A stretch of DNA of 64,000 nucleotides. It comes from Planctomycetota bacterium. Its GTDB lineage: Bacteria; Planctomycetota; GCA-002687715; CAIWVZ01. Each line of letters opens with the position of its first letter. Within the stretch, counting starts at the first letter, position 1. Location of the stretch: positions 96,001 through 160,000 of the forward strand of contig JBGANV010000006.1 of assembly GCA_044222185.1 (NCBI GenBank). The letters are read 5' to 3'. The translations under genes were made by a program, and so were the position numbers. Below, one piece after another: positions 61,193 through 64,000 of this stretch. A model generated the notes under the pieces. That model was not told where the DNA came from. It saw nothing but the letters and a program-made list of their open reading frames with translations, and searched no databases.

Positions 61193-63121
61193 TCAGGGGA
61201 CGTCGACGCGCGGCGACGGATCCTCATAGACGAGCGTCTTGCCGTCGGGCGACGTGGCCACGCGACGAAGGTCGCCGAGGGACTCGGGCCACCCGTCGCG
61301 TGCGACGGTGTCCATCTCGTCCAGGTGGATGACCCAGAAGCGGGCGCCGAGGTGCCGCACGGCGGATATCGACGCCGGATCGAGGCGCCCGTCGCGGATC
61401 AGGGAAACCTCTGCGGCGCGCATGTACACGTCGACGAAATCGGGGTGAACGCCGGCCCAGCCGTTCACGGTGGGTCGGCCATGGAAAAAGCGCGAGTAGA
61501 CCCGGCGCATGGCGATGGCCGGGCGATCGAGTCGCAAGGGGAGCTCGACGACGGCACCCTCGCCCGGGACCTGCTTCAGGAAGAGGTCGACGAGGCGGGC
61601 CTCGATCGCTTGCGACCGGATCGGGGGCGCCGCGAGGCGGAAGTGTTCCGCCGTCACGCAGTCGAACAGGAGGGCCGCGACGGCGATCCACGGGACGACG
61701 CGCCAGGGGCCCGCGCGAAAACGCGACAGCACGCATGCGGCGGAACCGCCGACGCCGAACGCCGCCATGACGCCCCACCTGGCGACGGCGCGGATCCCTT
61801 CGAACCCGGGCGCGCGAAGGAGCGGCAGAAGCGGCGACGCCCTCGCCGGGCGCGTCGCGGACCAGAGCGGCCCGAACGTCATCGCGAGCGTGAGTGCGCC
61901 CAGGCCGAGGAACATCACGGCGGGTTCACGCCAGACGCGGCGGATGCGACCCCACGAGGCCAGCACGAGCAGGAGGATCGACGCCCAGCATGTGAAGGCC
62001 GCCGTCCAGTCCAGCGTGACGCCGTCGATCGTGCGCCCGAGCGAGAGCCACGCGATGCCCAGGATCGCAGCGCCGGCGACGGCGCCGACGGCGCGCGGTT
62101 TCCAACGCTGGGCCGGGTTGGCGACGGCCGGATCGTGCTTGGATCTGGCGGCGAGGATCGCGAGCGTCGCCGCACCGGCGCCCGCGACCAGCGCGGCGAG
62201 CGGCACGAGCCCCGGGATCGTCTCCGCCTCGACGCGGCTCATGCGGGCGTCGCCGAGGAGCCATTGCGCGGTCGCGGACCAGCGGCACGCGATGACCGCG
62301 TCGACGTTCGCGACCGATCCCGCTTGCATGGTGAGGTCACGGTGCGATCCCACGCTCCGCAGGGCGAGCATCAGCGGAATGAACGCCGTCGCCATGCCGA
62401 TCGATGCGATCACGGCGACGAGCGCGATCCTTCGCCAGGCGTCGCGCGTGATCCCATGCGTCGTCGCGAGCCAGGCGAAGAGGGCTGCGAGGAACGTCCC
62501 GCCCATCACCGTCAGGTGCGCAGAGGACCATGCGAGCCAGGCGACGACCGTGCCCAGCACGGCCGCGCGAATCCAACCGGACCGGCGGACCACGTCGATC
62601 AGGAGCCCGCCCGCGAGCGGAACGAGCCAGAACGGCCAGAAGAACGGCCGCGGCATCACGCCGAACCAGGCCGCCGAAAGACCCAACGACGCCGTGCCGA
62701 AGAACGCTCCGACGCGCGAGCAGTCGAGCTTGCGCAGGAACCAGTACGTCGTGATCCAGCCGGCGCACAGAAACAACGGTGCCGCGAGACCGATCACCTT
62801 GAACGGATCCTCGAGCCACAACCACAGCGGTAGCACCACGACGGACGTGGCCCAGGTCGGCTCGGTGTAGAGAAGCGACGACTGGTGCTTGGGGAAGAAG
62901 AACCCGCCGTCGAAGAACCCGCTTGTGTCCACGCCCGTGAGCTTCAGGCATTCGACCTTCAGCATGTAGCCGTAGAGCATGGAGTCGGCGCCGTCGCCCA
63001 TGTCGCCCGCGTTCATGCCGAACGCGACGACGAACTTGATCCACGGCCAGCTCACGACGAGCGCGGCGAGGCCGATCGCGGCGAGTTCGAGGGCGGGAAG
63101 TAGGTTTTGGCGCCGGTTCAC
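61193..63121 (-). CDS. Polytopic membrane protein, GT-C/YfhO-like glycosyltransferase
   Basis: More than 10 TMs; FFDGGFFFP..SLLYTE, PGFEGIRAVAR, AVVELP, HGRPTVNGWAG; start probably GTG 63121. Confidence 0.7.
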   Translation of the reverse strand: MNRRQNLLPALELAAIGLAALVVSWPWIKFVVAFGMNAGDMGDGADSMLYGYMLKVECLKLTGVDTSGFFDGGFFFPKHQSSLLYTEPTWATSVVVLPLWLWLEDPFKVIGLAAPLFLCAGWITTYWFLRKLDCSRVGAFFGTASLGLSAAWFGVMPRPFFWPFWLVPLAGGLLIDVVRRSGWIRAAVLGTVVAWLAWSSAHLTVMGGTFLAALFAWLATTHGITRDAWRRIALVAVIASIGMATAFIPLMLALRSVGSHRDLTMQAGSVANVDAVIACRWSATAQWLLGDARMSRVEAETIPGLVPLAALVAGAGAATLAILAARSKHDPAVANPAQRWKPRAVGAVAGAAILGIAWLSLGRTIDGVTLDWTAAFTCWASILLLVLASWGRIRRVWREPAVMFLGLGALTLAMTFGPLWSATRPARASPLLPLLRAPGFEGIRAVARWGVMAAFGVGGSAACVLSRFRAGPWRVVPWIAVAALLFDCVTAEHFRLAAPPIRSQAIEARLVDLFLKQVPGEGAVVELPLRLDRPAIAMRRVYSRFFHGRPTVNGWAGVHPDFVDVYMRAAEVSLIRDGRLDPASISAVRHLGARFWVIHLDEMDTVARDGWPESLGDLRRVATSPDGKTLVYEDPSPRVDVP

Positions 63122-63230
63122 GTGGTCGCGGATCGTAGGGGCCACGAGGAATCGCGCCAACCCTCGCGGTTCCCGCGCGACGGCGGCGCTGCTAACAGGC
63201 TCCCTCGCGCGGCCCGCCGTGCGCAAACCC

Positions 63231-64000
63231 ATGGAACTCACCGAACGACTTCGAGACGCCGTGGTCATGGCACCCATGACCAAGGGCGGAAACACCCCGT
63301 ACCGGCGTCTGTGTCAGGCGTTCGGCGCCACGTTGACGATGGGGGAGATGGCGGTCGCGCGCCAGCTCCTGAAGGGCGTGCGCAGCGAGTTCGCCCTCAT
63401 CCGGCGGGGCGCTGACGAGCGGTTCTTCGGAGTCCAACTCGCAGGCAACGACCCGGAGGAGATGGCGGAGGCCTCCAAGCTCGTCGCCGAGCGCGGCGCC
63501 GACCTCGTCGATTTGAACTGCGGGTGTCCGATCGACTTGATGACGCGGCGAGGACTCGGGTCCGCGCTCCTTCGGCGGCCGACGAAGCTGCGGCGGATCG
63601 TCGAGGCGATGAGTCAGGCCGTGAGCATCCCCGTGACCGTGAAGATCCGGTTGGGCTGGAGCGAGGACGACCTGAACTACCTCACGATCGCCAAGGCGGC
63701 CGTGGAAGGGGGAGCCAAAGCCATCACGGTTCACGGCCGCACCCGGACGCAGCGCTACCGCAAGAGCGCATCCTGGGAGGCCGTGGGCGAGGTCGTCGCC
63801 GCCGTTCCGGTCCCGGTGATCGGCAACGGTGACATCCTCTTTGCGAGAGACATCGAGGAGTTTCGGCGCCGGTCGAACTGCGCGGGAGTGATGGTGGCCC
63901 GTGGCGCACTCATCAAACCGTGGGTCTTCCGCGAGGCCGCGACGCGGCAGGACGAGGATCCCACGGCCGAGGAGCGGCTCGCCATCTACCGCCAGTACGC
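63231..64000 (+). CDS. tRNA-dihydrouridine synthase (Dus3-like), 3' truncated by window edge; absent from the ORF track
   Basis: Translated by hand: VMAPMTKGGNTPYRRLC, GEMA, GVQLAG, DLNCGCP, VTVKIRLG, TVHGRTRTQRY, GNGDI, VMVARGALIKPW. Confidence 0.92.
   Translation, partial: MELTERLRDAVVMAPMTKGGNTPYRRLCQAFGATLTMGEMAVARQLLKGVRSEFALIRRGADERFFGVQLAGNDPEEMAEASKLVAERGADLVDLNCGCPIDLMTRRGLGSALLRRPTKLRRIVEAMSQAVSIPVTVKIRLGWSEDDLNYLTIAKAAVEGGAKAITVHGRTRTQRYRKSASWEAVGEVVAAVPVPVIGNGDILFARDIEEFRRRSNCAGVMVARGALIKPWVFREAATRQDEDPTAEERLAIYRQY

Overview
High-GC bacterial chromosomal segment with about 45 CDSs. No rRNA, tRNA, CRISPR array, integrase or transposase was seen. Gene content (ECF sigma factor fused to carboxypeptidase-regulatory-like repeats, DUF1501, ASPIC/UnbV, SBBP and FG-GAP exported proteins) suggests a Planctomycetota-like organism (inference). 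Recognisable genes: kgd-type sucA, rimP, crcB with a fluoride riboswitch, a Dus enzyme, three GT4 glycosyltransferases, an M50 protease, a PaaI thioesterase, two ECF sigma factors, a GH24 lysozyme and an L,D-transpeptidase-family protein. Main unexplained signals: (1) a ~120-aa domain shared by eight exported proteins with several different passenger types, usually at the extreme C-terminus; (2) a ~195-nt multi-stem, G-U-rich structured RNA candidate plus terminator (30674-30896), closing a sigma54-type unit that starts with an atypical di-heme Ccp/MauG protein; (3) a 1.39-kb AAA+/DUF4143 ATPase-nuclease cassette flanked by a duplicated 3' end of sucA/kgd with no integrase nearby; (4) a 124-bp x ~5.5 palindromic REP/BIME-like tandem array; (5) a Dus enzyme resembling eukaryotic Dus3. 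All family assignments are motif recognition by eye; no database searches were run.
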